In this document: positions 1 through 12,247 of the stretch, one piece after another
How the letters are laid out: every line of letters starts with the position of its first letter
Position numbering within the stretch: the first letter of the stretch is position 1
From: Gemmatimonadota bacterium
GTDB lineage: Bacteria > Gemmatimonadota > Gemmatimonadetes > Longimicrobiales > Gaopeijiaceae
DNA length: 64,000 bases
NCBI GenBank assembly: GCA_034521595.1
Contig: JAXHMG010000003.1
Span: 1,856,001-1,920,000 of the forward strand
Direction of reading: 5' to 3'
The notes under the pieces: generated by a model
What the model was told of the DNA's origin: nothing
The model's database searches: none
What the model saw: the letters and a program-made list of their open reading frames with translations, nothing else
Position numbers and translations under genes: made by a program

Positions 1-88
1 CGGGACCGGATCGGGCAGCCACCCGTCTCCGATGGTGGCGTCCACCACCTCGGCTCGGACCGAGCGAGGTAGAGCTGAACAGCGCAAC

Positions 89-119
89 AAAAAGCCTCCC
101 GGGTACGAACCCGGGAGGC
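89..119 (-). terminator. Intrinsic terminator downstream of tRNA-Met
   Basis: GCCTCCCGGG/CCCGGGAGGC 10-bp stem at 94-119, with an A5 run at 89-93 that gives a U-tract on the minus strand. Confidence 0.85.
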
Positions 120-141
120 CAAGGACCTGGTGCTTCTCGAG

Positions 142-215
142 TGCCGGAGGAGGGACTCGAACCCCCGACTCGCGGATTATGATTCCGCCGCTCTAACCAA
201 CTGAGCTACTCCGGC
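142..215 (-). tRNA. tRNA-Met (CAT), most likely elongator; CCA not encoded
   Basis: Reverse complement GCCGGAGTAGCTCAGTTGGTTAGAGCGGCGGAATCATAATCCGCGAGTCGGGGGTTCGAGTCCCTCCTCCGGCA folds as a cloverleaf; anticodon stem GCGGA/TCCGC around CAT; G1-C72 paired, so not initiator; TTGACA upstream at 251-256. Confidence 0.95.
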
Positions 216-324
216 GAAGAGACGGAAAAGCTCATCTCGGGTCGTACCGGTGTCAACCTGACCGGGATCCCCCAACCACGCCCCGGAGACCCGGGCCACG
301 GACACGCTCGTCTACCACGGGCTG

Positions 325-645
325 CTAGGGCGTCGGCCCCGCCTCTCCGGTGGGAGACGCGCCACCCGCCGGGGCCGCGAATCTGTAGAGCGTCTCCCCC
401 TCCCGGATCATCCCGAACCGCTCCCGCGCGATGCGTTCGAGGGTCGCGGGATCGTTCTCGAGGGAGTCGGCACGCGCACGGAGCGAGTCGATCCGCCGTT
501 CGAGCTCCACGAGCTCCTGGCGTGACGCTTCGACGTCCGCCCGCGCGCGCCGGAGCTCGAGGATCGAGTACTCGCCACCGAACACGGCGTAGTAGGCCGC
601 GAGCGCCAACAATGCGGGTAGGACGATCCGCCTCAGCAAGCGCAT
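325..645 (-). CDS. ftsB: Septum formation initiator FtsB/DivIC family
   Basis: N-terminal TM helix, coiled coil, LERIARERFGMIREGE motif; follows eno as commonly seen. Confidence 0.85.
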   Translation of the reverse strand: MRLLRRIVLPALLALAAYYAVFGGEYSILELRRARADVEASRQELVELERRIDSLRARADSLENDPATLERIARERFGMIREGETLYRFAAPAGGASPTGEAGPTP

Positions 646-698
646 CCGAGCTCACCTCGCTCCGCGACCGGATGTACGGCCGAACCCCCGGCCCACGA

Positions 699-2012
<1,314 letters not shown>

Positions 2013-2729
2013 TCAGTGCGAGGGGGTGAGCAGGCCGGCCACGGCCTCGTGCGCCCTTCGCGTGAGTGTGTCCCTGTCTGCCACTTCCAGCCCCTGCACG
2101 GGGATCGGATCACCGAGCCGGACCGTGATGACGCCCGGCCGGATCTTCAAGCTCCCTTTCGGCATGACCTCCCGGGAACCGACGATGGCTGCCGGAACAA
2201 TCTCCGTGCCGGTCTGGATGCCGAGCACGAACGCCCCCTTCTTGAACCGCTGCAACTCGCCGGTCTCGGAACGCGTGCCCTCGGGAAACATGATGATGGT
2301 AGGGCGCTCCTTCTCCAAGACGTCTCGTGCCCTTTCCATAGTTGCGAGCGCCTTCTGACGGTCTTCCCGGTCGATGAAGATGTGCCCACAGCGGCGGATC
2401 GAAGGCCCGAACAGCGGGGCGCGCTCGATCTCCTTCTTCGCCACGAAACGGTAGGATCCGGGCAGACCCGTCGCGAGCGCCAACACGTCGAACCAGGAGG
2501 CGTGATTCACCGCCAGGATCTGGGGCCGATCAGGATCGATCGCTTCCTCGTTCTCGACCACTACCCGCACGCCGGTGACGCGCAGCAGGAAGCCCGACCA
2601 CGCCCGCGGGACATCCTCGCACACACAGGGCAACCGCGGTGATTTCCAAGCCATCGCCCACAGAATGCGGGCCGCGTGCCAGATCGTGAGCGGGGCGATG
2701 ACCGCGAGGACCGCGAGAAGACGGATCAC
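2013..2729 (-). CDS. plsC: 1-acyl-sn-glycerol-3-phosphate acyltransferase (LPLAT)
   Basis: NHASWFD (HX4D), FIDR, FPEGTRS, FKKG motifs. Confidence 0.92.
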   Translation of the reverse strand: MIRLLAVLAVIAPLTIWHAARILWAMAWKSPRLPCVCEDVPRAWSGFLLRVTGVRVVVENEEAIDPDRPQILAVNHASWFDVLALATGLPGSYRFVAKKEIERAPLFGPSIRRCGHIFIDREDRQKALATMERARDVLEKERPTIIMFPEGTRSETGELQRFKKGAFVLGIQTGTEIVPAAIVGSREVMPKGSLKIRPGVITVRLGDPIPVQGLEVADRDTLTRRAHEAVAGLLTPSH

Positions 2730-3721
2730 GTCTCGCTCCAGTGATCGTAGCCGCCGCGGTCCACCGGACGCCGTCGGCCGGCGGCGTCCTCGAGGAGCAC
2801 GCCGCCGTCCCGTGTGACACGACCGACACGGGTGAGCCGGACCGAGTGCCGCTGCTGCAGCGTTTCCACCTCCACGGTGCCCGGCTCCGCCGTGAAGCAG
2901 AGCTCGAAGTCCTCCCCCCCTCGAAGGGCCGCTTCCAGCGCCTCGGCGTCTCCCAACACCGCCCGAGCGTCCGGATCGACGGGAACCGAGGTTTCCTCGA
3001 TCACGATCCCCGCACCCGAGGCGGCCGCGATGTGACCGGCGTCACCCGCCAGCCCGTCCGACAGGTCGACCATGGCGCGGGGGACGCCCGCGGCGGCCAG
3101 GTCACCGGCGAGGGCCACACGCGGTACCGGACGGGCGAAACGGAGACGGAGCGCCGGCAACGGGTCTTCGCCACGGTCCCACGCGCGTAGCGCGGCGGCG
3201 CCCGTTCCCAGCGTGCCGCTCACCCAGAGCTCGTCGCCCGGCCGGGCACCGGCTCTGGAAACGGGGCGCTCGGTGCGTCCGAGCACCACCAGATCGAGGA
3301 AGAGCGGCCCCGGAGAGCGGGACAGGTCTCCCCCGATCACCCTGGCGCCCACCGACGCGGCGGCGGCGCGCACCCCCGACTGGACATCCGCCACGTCGAC
3401 CCGGCCGTCGGTCGCGACCGCCGCGGACACCAACACACCGACCGGCTCCGCCGCCATCGCGGCCAGGTCGGACAGAGCGGCCGCGGCCGCTCTGTAGCCG
3501 ATCTCCTCGTCGGTCAGCCAACCTCGCCGGAAGTGGACGTCCTCGACGGCCAGATCGGTGCTGATCACCCACCCTCCCTCGAGGACCGCGCCATCATCGC
3601 CCGGCCCCAGCACGATTCCGGACGGAAGCTCCTCGCCCTCGCCCACGAACGCACGGATCAGGTCGAACTTCCCGTCCCGGCACCGAGCCGCACCGACGTC
3701 AGTCTCCACGCTCCGAGCCAC
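2726..3721 (-). CDS. thiL: Thiamine-monophosphate kinase
   Basis: GPGDDGAV, HFRR, LSDLAAM, IGGD, DLSDGL, GGEDFEL, GYDHW motifs. Confidence 0.95.
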   Translation of the reverse strand: MARSVETDVGAARCRDGKFDLIRAFVGEGEELPSGIVLGPGDDGAVLEGGWVISTDLAVEDVHFRRGWLTDEEIGYRAAAAALSDLAAMAAEPVGVLVSAAVATDGRVDVADVQSGVRAAAASVGARVIGGDLSRSPGPLFLDLVVLGRTERPVSRAGARPGDELWVSGTLGTGAAALRAWDRGEDPLPALRLRFARPVPRVALAGDLAAAGVPRAMVDLSDGLAGDAGHIAAASGAGIVIEETSVPVDPDARAVLGDAEALEAALRGGEDFELCFTAEPGTVEVETLQQRHSVRLTRVGRVTRDGGVLLEDAAGRRRPVDRGGYDHWSET

Positions 3722-3724
3722 CAG

Positions 3725-5341
3725 TCAGGCGGCCGGATCGATGTCGAGCACCACGAACGGAAGTCCGAGCGCGTCGGTGGGTCCACCTGGCTCGCTCAGC
3801 ACGTCGGGCAGGCGTTCGAGAACGTCCGAAGGGGTGAGTGCGGCGCCCTTATCGGCCAGTCGGGCCGCACGTCCGGTGAGGTAGAGGCCGACGGCGCCCG
3901 CCGTGGCCGACACCAGGCCCTGCGCCATCAGAGTGCCGCATACGCCGGCGAGGGTGTCGCCCATCCCGGCAGCGGCGAGATCCGACGAGCCCTGCGTGTC
4001 GATGAGGAGCTCGCCATCCGGGCTCGCCGACGACGGACAGAGGGCGCGCCCTTGCACAGGACCGCGGCGATCGAAGCGCTCGACCGCGGCCGCGCCGGTC
4101 GCGGCCCGGCGACGCGGCAGCGCTCGGCATCGTCCGTCCGAGGCCGACCTCCGTCGCCGAGACAGTCGCCCCATCTCGCCCGGATGTGGCGTGAGGAGCA
4201 CCGGCCTCGTGCGTCCGACCGCGGCGAGGTCGACGGCTCCGGCGGCGGCGAGATTGAGGGCGTCCGCGTCGAGGAGCACGGGACGTGGCTCACCGCCCAG
4301 GACCCGTTCGAGCAAGCGCAGCGCTACGTCCCCCTGCCCGAGCCCGGGCCCGACCACCACCGCGTCCGTGGCCGCCAACCCGTCCCTCACCGCCGCCGCG
4401 TCCGTGCCGTCCACGTAGATCGCTTCGGGCACGCCTCGCTGCACGATCTCGCGGTTCTCGGGCACGGTGCACACCCGCACGATGCCGGCACCGGCGCGGA
4501 GCGCCCCGCGCGCGGCAAGGAGCGCGGCTCCCGCCATGCCGCTCGCTCCACCGACGACGAGCACCCGCCCCACCGCGTTCTTGTGGGTGTCGCTCGACCG
4601 CCGGGGAAGTTGATCACGTGCCCACGGCGGTGTCGACACGAAAGCCCGCGCTTCGCCGCTCTCGAGGGGCGGGAAGCCGATCTCGACGACGACCAGGCGG
4701 CCGACCGCCGCGCGCGCCGGATGCACCAGCGCGCCGACCTTCGGCGCGCCGAAGGCAACCGTCACGTCGGCCCGCACGGCATCCCCCGGCACGCTCCCCC
4801 CGTCAGGATCGATTCCGGAGGGCACGTCCATGGCGAGAACGGATGCGGCGGAAGCATTGACCGCTCGAATGGCCCCCGCCTGCCGTTCGCGGGGCGCCCC
4901 CCGCACGCCCGTGCCCAGGACTCCGTCCACCACGACGGAAGCCTCCGAGAGCACGCCGGCCCAGTCCTCCGCGGTCCACCCGTCTTCGACCACGACCGGT
5001 ATCGGCCAGCCGTGGAGCAGGGGATCGTCCGTGGGCCGATCCGCAACGAGAACGGCCCGCACCTCCCGTCCCCACGCCGCGAGCACGCGCAGGGCGACCA
5101 GCGCGTCTCCACCGTTGTTGCCCGCTCCCACCAGCCCGACGACCGGCCCCTCGGGGTACGACCGGTCCAGGATCACGGCGGCCGCCCTCCCCGCGTTTTC
5201 CATGAGCACGCGCTCGGGGACCCCCGAGCGGTCGATCGCTCGCCGGTCCCACGCCCCGGCTTCACGGCCCGTCAGGGCCGGCACGGGGAGGCGGTGAGGC
5301 GCCCAGGGACGAAGCGGAGGGCGCGGGTCCATCACGGCCAC
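3725..5341 (-). CDS. nnr: Bifunctional NAD(P)H-hydrate epimerase/dehydratase (NnrE-NnrD), locally frame-scrambled at about 4020-4165
   Basis: LMENAG, GAGNNGGD, DVPSG, THKNAVG, GPGLG, DADALN, TPHPGEM, AGMGDTLAG; the expected KG motif sits in another frame. Confidence 0.88.
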   Translation of the reverse strand: MAVMDPRPPLRPWAPHRLPVPALTGREAGAWDRRAIDRSGVPERVLMENAGRAAAVILDRSYPEGPVVGLVGAGNNGGDALVALRVLAAWGREVRAVLVADRPTDDPLLHGWPIPVVVEDGWTAEDWAGVLSEASVVVDGVLGTGVRGAPRERQAGAIRAVNASAASVLAMDVPSGIDPDGGSVPGDAVRADVTVAFGAPKVGALVHPARAAVGRLVVVEIGFPPLESGEARAFVSTPPWARDQLPRRSSDTHKNAVGRVLVVGGASGMAGAALLAARGALRAGAGIVRVCTVPENREIVQRGVPEAIYVDGTDAAAVRDGLAATDAVVVGPGLGQGDVALRLLERVLGGEPRPVLLDADALNLAAAGAVDLAAVGRTRPVLLTPHPGEMGRLSRRRRSASDGRCRALPRRRAATGAAAVERFDRRGPVQGRALCPSSASPDGELLIDTQGSSDLAAAGMGDTLAGVCGTLMAQGLVSATAGAVGLYLTGRAARLADKGAALTPSDVLERLPDVLSEPGGPTDALGLPFVVLDIDPAA

Positions 5342-5461
5342 GCGGCCATCACGGCGCGCCCTCCCGGAACAGAAAGGCGCTCCGTTTCGGGAGGGGGGCG
5401 GCCAGGACCGACCGGGAGGGGTCGCCGGTCCGCCACGGCAAGCCGGAGAGGCGGTGGCAGC

Positions 5462-5659
5462 TTACTTGTAGCTCTGACCGATCTCGCGACCGAGCGTGAT
5501 CTCTCCATTGTCGATCCGGATGTTGAACCCGCACTCCGGATTCGAGCAGACCCAGGCCTTGTAGCGGATCGGTGCTCCATCCCTGCCGTAGTCCGAGAGC
5601 GGCAAAAGTATCCCCGCCTCGCACTTCAGGCAGCGTGGGAACCCACCGTCTTCCACCAT
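5462..5659 (-). CDS. Small hypothetical protein, probable zinc ribbon (CxxC...CxxxxC)
   Basis: 65 aa; CLKC and CSNPEC; GGAGGGG SD-like sequence upstream; protein-like composition. Confidence 0.75.
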   Translation of the reverse strand: MVEDGGFPRCLKCEAGILLPLSDYGRDGAPIRYKAWVCSNPECGFNIRIDNGEITLGREIGQSYK

Positions 5660-5766
5660 GTGAAACCCCTCCCATGGGTATTGTGACGAATCGTATCGTC
5701 CAGGAACCCGGCATCGCCGGGGGCTTGGTTGTCATGGAGAACGCGGGCATGCGCGTCCCCCCGTCA

Positions 5767-6147
5767 TCAGGGTTGAGCGTTCCAGGGATAGTTGAGCTCG
5801 AACGCTTCTTCGAAGTCGAACAAGTCCGCGAAGTCTTCCGGACTGTCCCCCTCCTGCTTGACCAGGATGCCGTGCTCGACCATGGCGAACACCACCCGAC
5901 CCATGTCCTCGGTCCCGTGGATCCCCCAGTGCTCCAGAACGGTCCTGGCCATCGGGCCGAACTGCTCGAGCGCGAGCGATCGCACGCCCTCGGCCAGCTC
6001 ACGGCCCGTGATGTGACGCGGCTCCTCGAATCCGCGGATGACCTCGTGCAACGCCTTCAACACGAAGACATATGCCCGCGGGTCGAATCGCGGATGCTTC
6101 TCCTGGAGCTCGTCCAGAACCTCGTCGGCGAATTGCAGGTGCGTCAT
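5767..6147 (-). CDS. Minf_1886-family conserved hypothetical protein
   Basis: AYVFVLKAL, HITGRELAEG, FGPMARTVLEHWGIHGTEDMGRVVF pattern recalled for this family. Confidence 0.8.
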   Translation of the reverse strand: MTHLQFADEVLDELQEKHPRFDPRAYVFVLKALHEVIRGFEEPRHITGRELAEGVRSLALEQFGPMARTVLEHWGIHGTEDMGRVVFAMVEHGILVKQEGDSPEDFADLFDFEEAFELNYPWNAQP

Positions 6148-6187
6148 GTCGGAAAATGTGCGCCGTAACGGAACCTCCGCACAAGCC

Positions 6188-6228
6188 CGAGCGATCCGGA
6201 CGGGGCGCGTCCCGCCCCGGATCGCTCG
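6188..6228 (-). terminator. Strong hairpin after glyA (terminator or 3' stabiliser)
   Basis: 12-bp inverted repeat CGAGCGATCCGG/CCGGATCGCTCG; no clear U-tract. Confidence 0.45.
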
Positions 6229-6254
6229 ACTCGGCCGGAGTGGAGGCCAGTCGC

Positions 6255-7517
6255 TCAGCCCACCGATTCGAACTCCGGGTAGAGGGGAAAGCTCGCGCAG
6301 AGCTCTTTGACCTCGGCGCGTACCTTGACGATGCGCTCTTCGTCGGCCGGCGCCTCCAGCACGTGCGCGATCCAGCCGGCGATCCGCTCCATCTCGGGCT
6401 CCTTCATGCCCCGGGTCGTGAGGGCCGGCGTTCCGATACGGAGCCCGGACGTCACGAACGGAGAACGGGTCTCGTTCGGCACGGTGTTCTTGTTGACCGT
6501 GATGTCGGCGGCTTCGAGCGCTTCCTCCGCGATCTTGCCGGTGAGCTCCTCGTCGATCTCGCGCAGGTCGACCAGGATCAGGTGATTGTCCGTACCGCCG
6601 CTCACCAAGCCGAATCCGCGACTCGCGAGGCCCTCTCCCAGCGCCCGGGCGTTCGCGATGACCTGGGCCGAATAGGACTTGAAGTCCGGCTGGAGGGCCT
6701 CGCGGAACGCCACGGCCTTGGCCGCGATGACGTGCATCAGCGGACCTCCCTGCATGAAGGGGAAGACCGACTTGTCGATGCCCTTCGCATGCTCTTCCCG
6801 CGTCAGGATGAGCCCGCCCCGAGGCCCTCGCAGCGTTTTGTGCGTGGTCGTGGTCACCACGTCCGCGTGCGGCACCGGCGAGGGGTGGTGCCCGGTGGCC
6901 ACCAGCCCGGCGATGTGGGCCATGTCCACCACGAGCGTCGCGCCGACCTCCCGCGCGATCGAGCCGAAGGCTTCGAAGTCGATGACCCTCGGGTACGCGC
7001 TCGCCCCGGCGATGATCATCTTCGGCTTCACGGACCGCGCCTGATCCCGAAGGGCGTCATAGTCGATCAAGCCGTCGTCGGCACGCACTCCGTAGCTACT
7101 CACGTCGAAGAGGCGCCCGCTGAAGTTCACGGGCGAGCCGTGCGTGAGGTGCCCGCCGTTGCTCAGGTCCATACCGAGGATGGGATCGCCGGGCTCCAAG
7201 AACGTGAAGTAGGCCGCCATGTTGGCCTGGGCACCCGAATGCGGCTGCACGTTGGCGTACTCGGCACCGAACAGCTCGGTCGCTCGGTCGCGCGCGAGCT
7301 CCTCGGCCACGTCGACGTGCTCACAGCCTCCGTAGTAGCGCCTCGATGGGAGGCCTTCCGCGTACTTGTTCGTCATGACGGTGCCCATCGCCTCGAGCAC
7401 CGCATGGGACACGAAGTTCTCGGAGGCGATCAACTCGAGCCCGCCGGCCTGCCTGCGTGCCTCGGCGACGATGGAGTCGAAGATCTCGGGATCCGACGCT
7501 TTCAGATGGTCCATCAT
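6255..7517 (-). CDS. glyA: Serine hydroxymethyltransferase
   Basis: [34 protein letters not shown] (PLP lysine). Confidence 0.99.
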   Translation of the reverse strand: MMDHLKASDPEIFDSIVAEARRQAGGLELIASENFVSHAVLEAMGTVMTNKYAEGLPSRRYYGGCEHVDVAEELARDRATELFGAEYANVQPHSGAQANMAAYFTFLEPGDPILGMDLSNGGHLTHGSPVNFSGRLFDVSSYGVRADDGLIDYDALRDQARSVKPKMIIAGASAYPRVIDFEAFGSIAREVGATLVVDMAHIAGLVATGHHPSPVPHADVVTTTTHKTLRGPRGGLILTREEHAKGIDKSVFPFMQGGPLMHVIAAKAVAFREALQPDFKSYSAQVIANARALGEGLASRGFGLVSGGTDNHLILVDLREIDEELTGKIAEEALEAADITVNKNTVPNETRSPFVTSGLRIGTPALTTRGMKEPEMERIAGWIAHVLEAPADEERIVKVRAEVKELCASFPLYPEFESVG

Positions 7518-8575
7518 GGTATGTATGTCCTGTTCAAGTGACGGGTGTCCTGAATACGCTGGTCGGCGATCCGACCCGCGGCCTCTCCGGGGGACACCCC
7601 TTCAGCTTCCGCCAATGTGAAGATGCGGAGAAGAGTATCGTAGATCTCGCCGGCCTTGTCCCGGCTCTGTTCCTTCGTCCAACCCTGCAGCTCGCCGTAG
7701 ACGTTGATCACCCCCCCGGCGTTGATCACGTAATCCGGGGCGTAGAGGATCCCGGCCTCATGGAGGGCGGGACCGTGCCGAATCGTGCTCTCGAGCTGGT
7801 TGTTCGCCGAGCCCGCCACGATGTCGACCTTGAGCCGTGGAAGCGTTTCGTCGTTGACGACGGCCCCGAGAGCGCATGGAGCGAAGACATCGGCGTCGAC
7901 ATCGAAGATCGCATCGGGAACGACGGCGTCGGCGTCGAACTCGTCCACGACCCGCTCGATCCGGTCGCTGTCGATATCGGTCACGCTCAGCTTCGCGCCC
8001 TCGGCGGCGAGGTCCTCACAGAGGTGGTATCCGACGCTCCCGAGCCCCTGAACCGCGACGTGGAGCCCCTGCAGCGACTCGTCCCCGTATCGGGCGCGGA
8101 CACACGCCTTGATGCCCCGATAGACCCCATAGGCCGTGACCGGCGACGGATCACCGGACGTGCCCTCCAACCCGACGACATGCTCGGTCTCCAGAGCCAC
8201 GTACGCCATGTCCTGAGGGGACGTGCCTACGTCCTCGGCAGTGATATAGCGCCCCCCGAGCGATTCGATCGCCCGTCCGTGAGCCCGGAAGATCAGCTCC
8301 CGGTCCGCACCCTTCGGGTCACCCCAGATCACGGATTTGCCACCCCCGAGCGCGAGCCCGGTCACCGCCGCCTTGTACGTCATCCCACGGGCGAGGCGCA
8401 GCGCGTCCAGCACCGCCTCGTGCTCCGTCCGGTAGTTCCAGAAGCGTGTGCCCCCCAGCCCCGGGCCCAAGGACGTGTCGTGCAGCGCGATGATCCCCTT
8501 GTACCCGAACCGTGGCTCGGTCCAGAGCACCAGCTGCTCGTGCTCTCCCTCCGCCATCAAGTCGAACAGTTCCAT
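7514..8575 (-). CDS. Glu/Leu/Phe/Val dehydrogenase (leucine dehydrogenase-like)
   Basis: [42 protein letters not shown]. Confidence 0.93.
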   Translation of the reverse strand: MELFDLMAEGEHEQLVLWTEPRFGYKGIIALHDTSLGPGLGGTRFWNYRTEHEAVLDALRLARGMTYKAAVTGLALGGGKSVIWGDPKGADRELIFRAHGRAIESLGGRYITAEDVGTSPQDMAYVALETEHVVGLEGTSGDPSPVTAYGVYRGIKACVRARYGDESLQGLHVAVQGLGSVGYHLCEDLAAEGAKLSVTDIDSDRIERVVDEFDADAVVPDAIFDVDADVFAPCALGAVVNDETLPRLKVDIVAGSANNQLESTIRHGPALHEAGILYAPDYVINAGGVINVYGELQGWTKEQSRDKAGEIYDTLLRIFTLAEAEGVSPGEAAGRIADQRIQDTRHLNRTYIP

Positions 8576-8606
8576 TCCCCATCCCGTTGATCGTGGATCC
8601 GACGCT

Positions 8607-9770
8607 TCAGTCTCCCGCAGCCCGGAGCACCTCGCGCGCGATCACCTGACGCAGGATCTCGTTCGTTCCTTCGAAGATCTCGTAGCCTTTCGCGTCGCGA
8701 AGGAGCTTCTCGACCGGATAGTGTCGCATGTATCCGTATCCGCCGTAAATCTGGACGGCTTCGTCGGCGGCCCAGGTGGCGGCCTCCGACGCCACGAGCT
8801 TGGCCATCGCCGCACGTGCCGTCACACCGTCGACGCCCGTGCGCACACCGGTCGCGGTGTCCTGGAGCGCCTCCATGACACCGGCCGCTTCGTGGGCCAG
8901 CGCTCGCCCGGCGGACACGCGCGTCGCCATCTCCGCCAGCTTGGCCTGGATCGCGCCGAAACGAGCGATCTCGCGTCCGAATTGCTCCCGCTCGAGCGCG
9001 TAGCGAGCCGCGTGCTCCATGGACGCCCGTCCGACCCCGCTCGCCTGGACCGCGACGCCGATGCGGCCGAGGTCGAGCGCCGCGAGCGCGTAGCGGAGGC
9101 CCGCGCCTCGCTCTCCGAGAAGTCCCTCCGCGTCCAACTGCACCCCTTCGAGGCAGAGCGTCACGGTGTCCGAGGCCCGGAACCCCATGGTCGTCTCGCG
9201 TGTGCCCGGCTCGAGGCCGCCCGCTTCACCGGGCACGAGGAACGTCGAGATCTCGTCTTCCCCGGTGCGCGCGAAGGTCAGCACGAGCCCCGCCCGGACC
9301 CCGTTCGTCACCCACTTTTTCTCCCCGTCGAGGCGCCATCCGTCCCCGTCCGCCGTCGCGGCCGTCCGGAGCGCACCGGGATCGCTCCCGGCGCCGGCCT
9401 CCGAAAGCGCGAACGCACCGAGTGTATTCCCCGAGGCCAACTCCGGGAGCCACCGCCCCTTCTGCTCCTCGGAGCCATACCACCGCAGGAGTCCCGACAC
9501 GGGTCCGCTGTGGATGGACACGGCCAGGGCGACGGCCGGATCCCCCCAGGCGAGCTCCTCGAGGACGAGCAGATAGGTGACGAGGTCGAAGTCCAGGCCT
9601 CCGTGCTCTTCGTCGACGAGCATCCCGAGGAACCCCAGCTCGGCGAGCTTCCCGAAGACGTCGTCACCGAGCGAGCGACTCGCGTCCCACTCGTACGTGT
9701 ACGGACGGAGCTCGCCGGCCGCGAACTCGTGGGCAAGCGTTTGGATTTCCAGCTGTTCAGGCGTAGGCAT
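8607..9770 (-). CDS. Acyl-CoA dehydrogenase
   Basis: FALSEAGAGSD, KKWVTNG, REQFG, QIYGGYGY, IFEGTNEI. Confidence 0.95.
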   Translation of the reverse strand: MPTPEQLEIQTLAHEFAAGELRPYTYEWDASRSLGDDVFGKLAELGFLGMLVDEEHGGLDFDLVTYLLVLEELAWGDPAVALAVSIHSGPVSGLLRWYGSEEQKGRWLPELASGNTLGAFALSEAGAGSDPGALRTAATADGDGWRLDGEKKWVTNGVRAGLVLTFARTGEDEISTFLVPGEAGGLEPGTRETTMGFRASDTVTLCLEGVQLDAEGLLGERGAGLRYALAALDLGRIGVAVQASGVGRASMEHAARYALEREQFGREIARFGAIQAKLAEMATRVSAGRALAHEAAGVMEALQDTATGVRTGVDGVTARAAMAKLVASEAATWAADEAVQIYGGYGYMRHYPVEKLLRDAKGYEIFEGTNEILRQVIAREVLRAAGD

Positions 9771-9806
9771 GTCTGCCGCGCTCCGTTGTCAGAGTCGGTC
9801 TTGTGC

Positions 9807-10667
<861 letters not shown>

Positions 10668-10668
10668 C

Positions 10669-11580
10669 TCAGTTGGTCTCCTTCGTCATTCGTACTCTTG
10701 GTCCGATGGCCACGAGCGGTCCCGCGGCCTGCACGTTCTCGCTCGGGTAGAGCCGACGCGTGCGCCAACACCACCATGTCGCTCCGGCCAGCACCAAGCT
10801 GACCAGGACGCTTCCTTCCGGTCCGAACGGGCCGCCTCCGAGCCAGGTGGGTCCCGCCGAGAGGGCCTCGTAGTAGGGCGCGTCGAACAGCTCGAGGCCG
10901 CTCACCGGCAGATCCGCGACGTACGCCCCACCCCAGTTCCAACCGACGTGTGCGCCCGTGGCCCACCACAGACTTCCGGTGCGGACCCATATCACGCCCA
11001 GCCACACGCCCGCTATGGCGATATTCACGACCGCCAAGGGCGTGATCCCCGGATTTCCCAGGTGCGCCAGAGCGAAGGCCACCGACGTGACGAGCAACGC
11101 CCGCTCCACGCCCCAGGCCTCCGCGAGTGCCTGGAAGGGATAGCCCCGGAGCAACACTTCCTCGGCCGCGGCCGGAAGCAGCAGGAAGACGAGGGCCGAA
11201 ACACCCGCCACGAGCCAACCGGTCGGCGTGCCCCCTTCCGGCGACCATGTCACCCCTCCCGCTACCGCCATCATCCCGACGGCGCCGAGGGCGATCAGAG
11301 TTCCGAGACCGGTTCCGAGTGCGAGCTCCGGAACGGCGCTCCGCCCTAAGTGGAAACCCAACGCCGCCGTCCCTCGCCCGTCCGCGGCCAGGAGCATCCA
11401 TCCCGCCAGAGCCCCGGCAACGAGCAAGGCCACCGAGCCCCCGAGCACCGAAGGGGGAAGCGCGAGTCCCACCGCGGCCGCCACCAGGACGGTGACCACG
11501 GCGAATGTCAGAAGACGCCATCCTAAACGGAGCCTCCCCGCGTCCGTCCTGAAGACACGCTCGGAGGCACCGTTCCACAC
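10669..11580 (-). CDS. CPBP (CAAX/Abi) intramembrane metalloprotease
   Basis: EEVLLRG, FALAH, HVGWN motifs; multiple TM helices. Confidence 0.9.
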   Translation of the reverse strand: MWNGASERVFRTDAGRLRLGWRLLTFAVVTVLVAAAVGLALPPSVLGGSVALLVAGALAGWMLLAADGRGTAALGFHLGRSAVPELALGTGLGTLIALGAVGMMAVAGGVTWSPEGGTPTGWLVAGVSALVFLLLPAAAEEVLLRGYPFQALAEAWGVERALLVTSVAFALAHLGNPGITPLAVVNIAIAGVWLGVIWVRTGSLWWATGAHVGWNWGGAYVADLPVSGLELFDAPYYEALSAGPTWLGGGPFGPEGSVLVSLVLAGATWWCWRTRRLYPSENVQAAGPLVAIGPRVRMTKETN

Positions 11581-11601
11581 GCCGATTCGGAATCGGCGCG
11601 G

Positions 11602-12186
11602 CTAGAGTCGCCCGAAGCTCGTGCCCCGGAGCGTCTTCGTGGCGAAGAACGCCAGCAGGATCTTCGTCACGTCTCCCGCGACGAACGGGAGCACGCCCAA
11701 GCTGAGCGCCGTGGCCAGCCCCCCTCCCGTGAGCATCAGCAGCCACGATACGCCACCGGCGTAGATCGTCGCGATGCCGAGGGTCAGTCCGAGGAGCATC
11801 CGCCCGGCACCGGCGTCCCGTCCGGAGATCGCGCCCACCACGTAGGCGGCCGCGGGCATCGCCAGCAGGTAGCCGCCGGTCGGACCGAGCAGCCACGGCA
11901 GGCCCGCGGCGCCGTTCGAGAAAACGGGCGCGCCCGCGGCGCCGATCGTCACGTACGAGGCGATCGCCAGTGCGCCCAGACGCGGTCCGAGCGCCGCGCC
12001 CGCCAGAATCACGAAGAGGGGCTGCAGCGTCATCGGGACCTGCGTCCACGGGAACCGGACGGCCACCTGGGCACCGAAAGCGGTCGCCAGCACGAAGGCC
12101 ACGAGCGCGAAGGCCCTGCGGGCCCGCGGATCCGTTACGACGTCCTGGACGGCCCAGGCTCTCAAGGTCTGCGTTACCGTGTTCAT
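11602..12186 (-). CDS. bioY: Biotin transporter BioY
   Basis: VPMTLQ, GAAGAPVF, GPTGGYL, PFVAGD; start moved to ATG 12186. Confidence 0.9.
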   Translation of the reverse strand: MNTVTQTLRAWAVQDVVTDPRARRAFALVAFVLATAFGAQVAVRFPWTQVPMTLQPLFVILAGAALGPRLGALAIASYVTIGAAGAPVFSNGAAGLPWLLGPTGGYLLAMPAAAYVVGAISGRDAGAGRMLLGLTLGIATIYAGGVSWLLMLTGGGLATALSLGVLPFVAGDVTKILLAFFATKTLRGTSFGRL

Positions 12187-12247
12187 TCTGCTCGTCTCAC
12201 TCCTGTGCTCGGGAGTCGGTGGTGTCTTTCGTACGACCTGGCTCGGA

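Noticed and set aside
1..215. Island or prophage integrated at tRNA-Met
   Set aside because: No integrase or duplicated tRNA 3' end in the window; only 141 bp are visible downstream
5681..5698. TTGTGA as a second Rex site
   Set aside because: No TTCACAA arm at the required spacing
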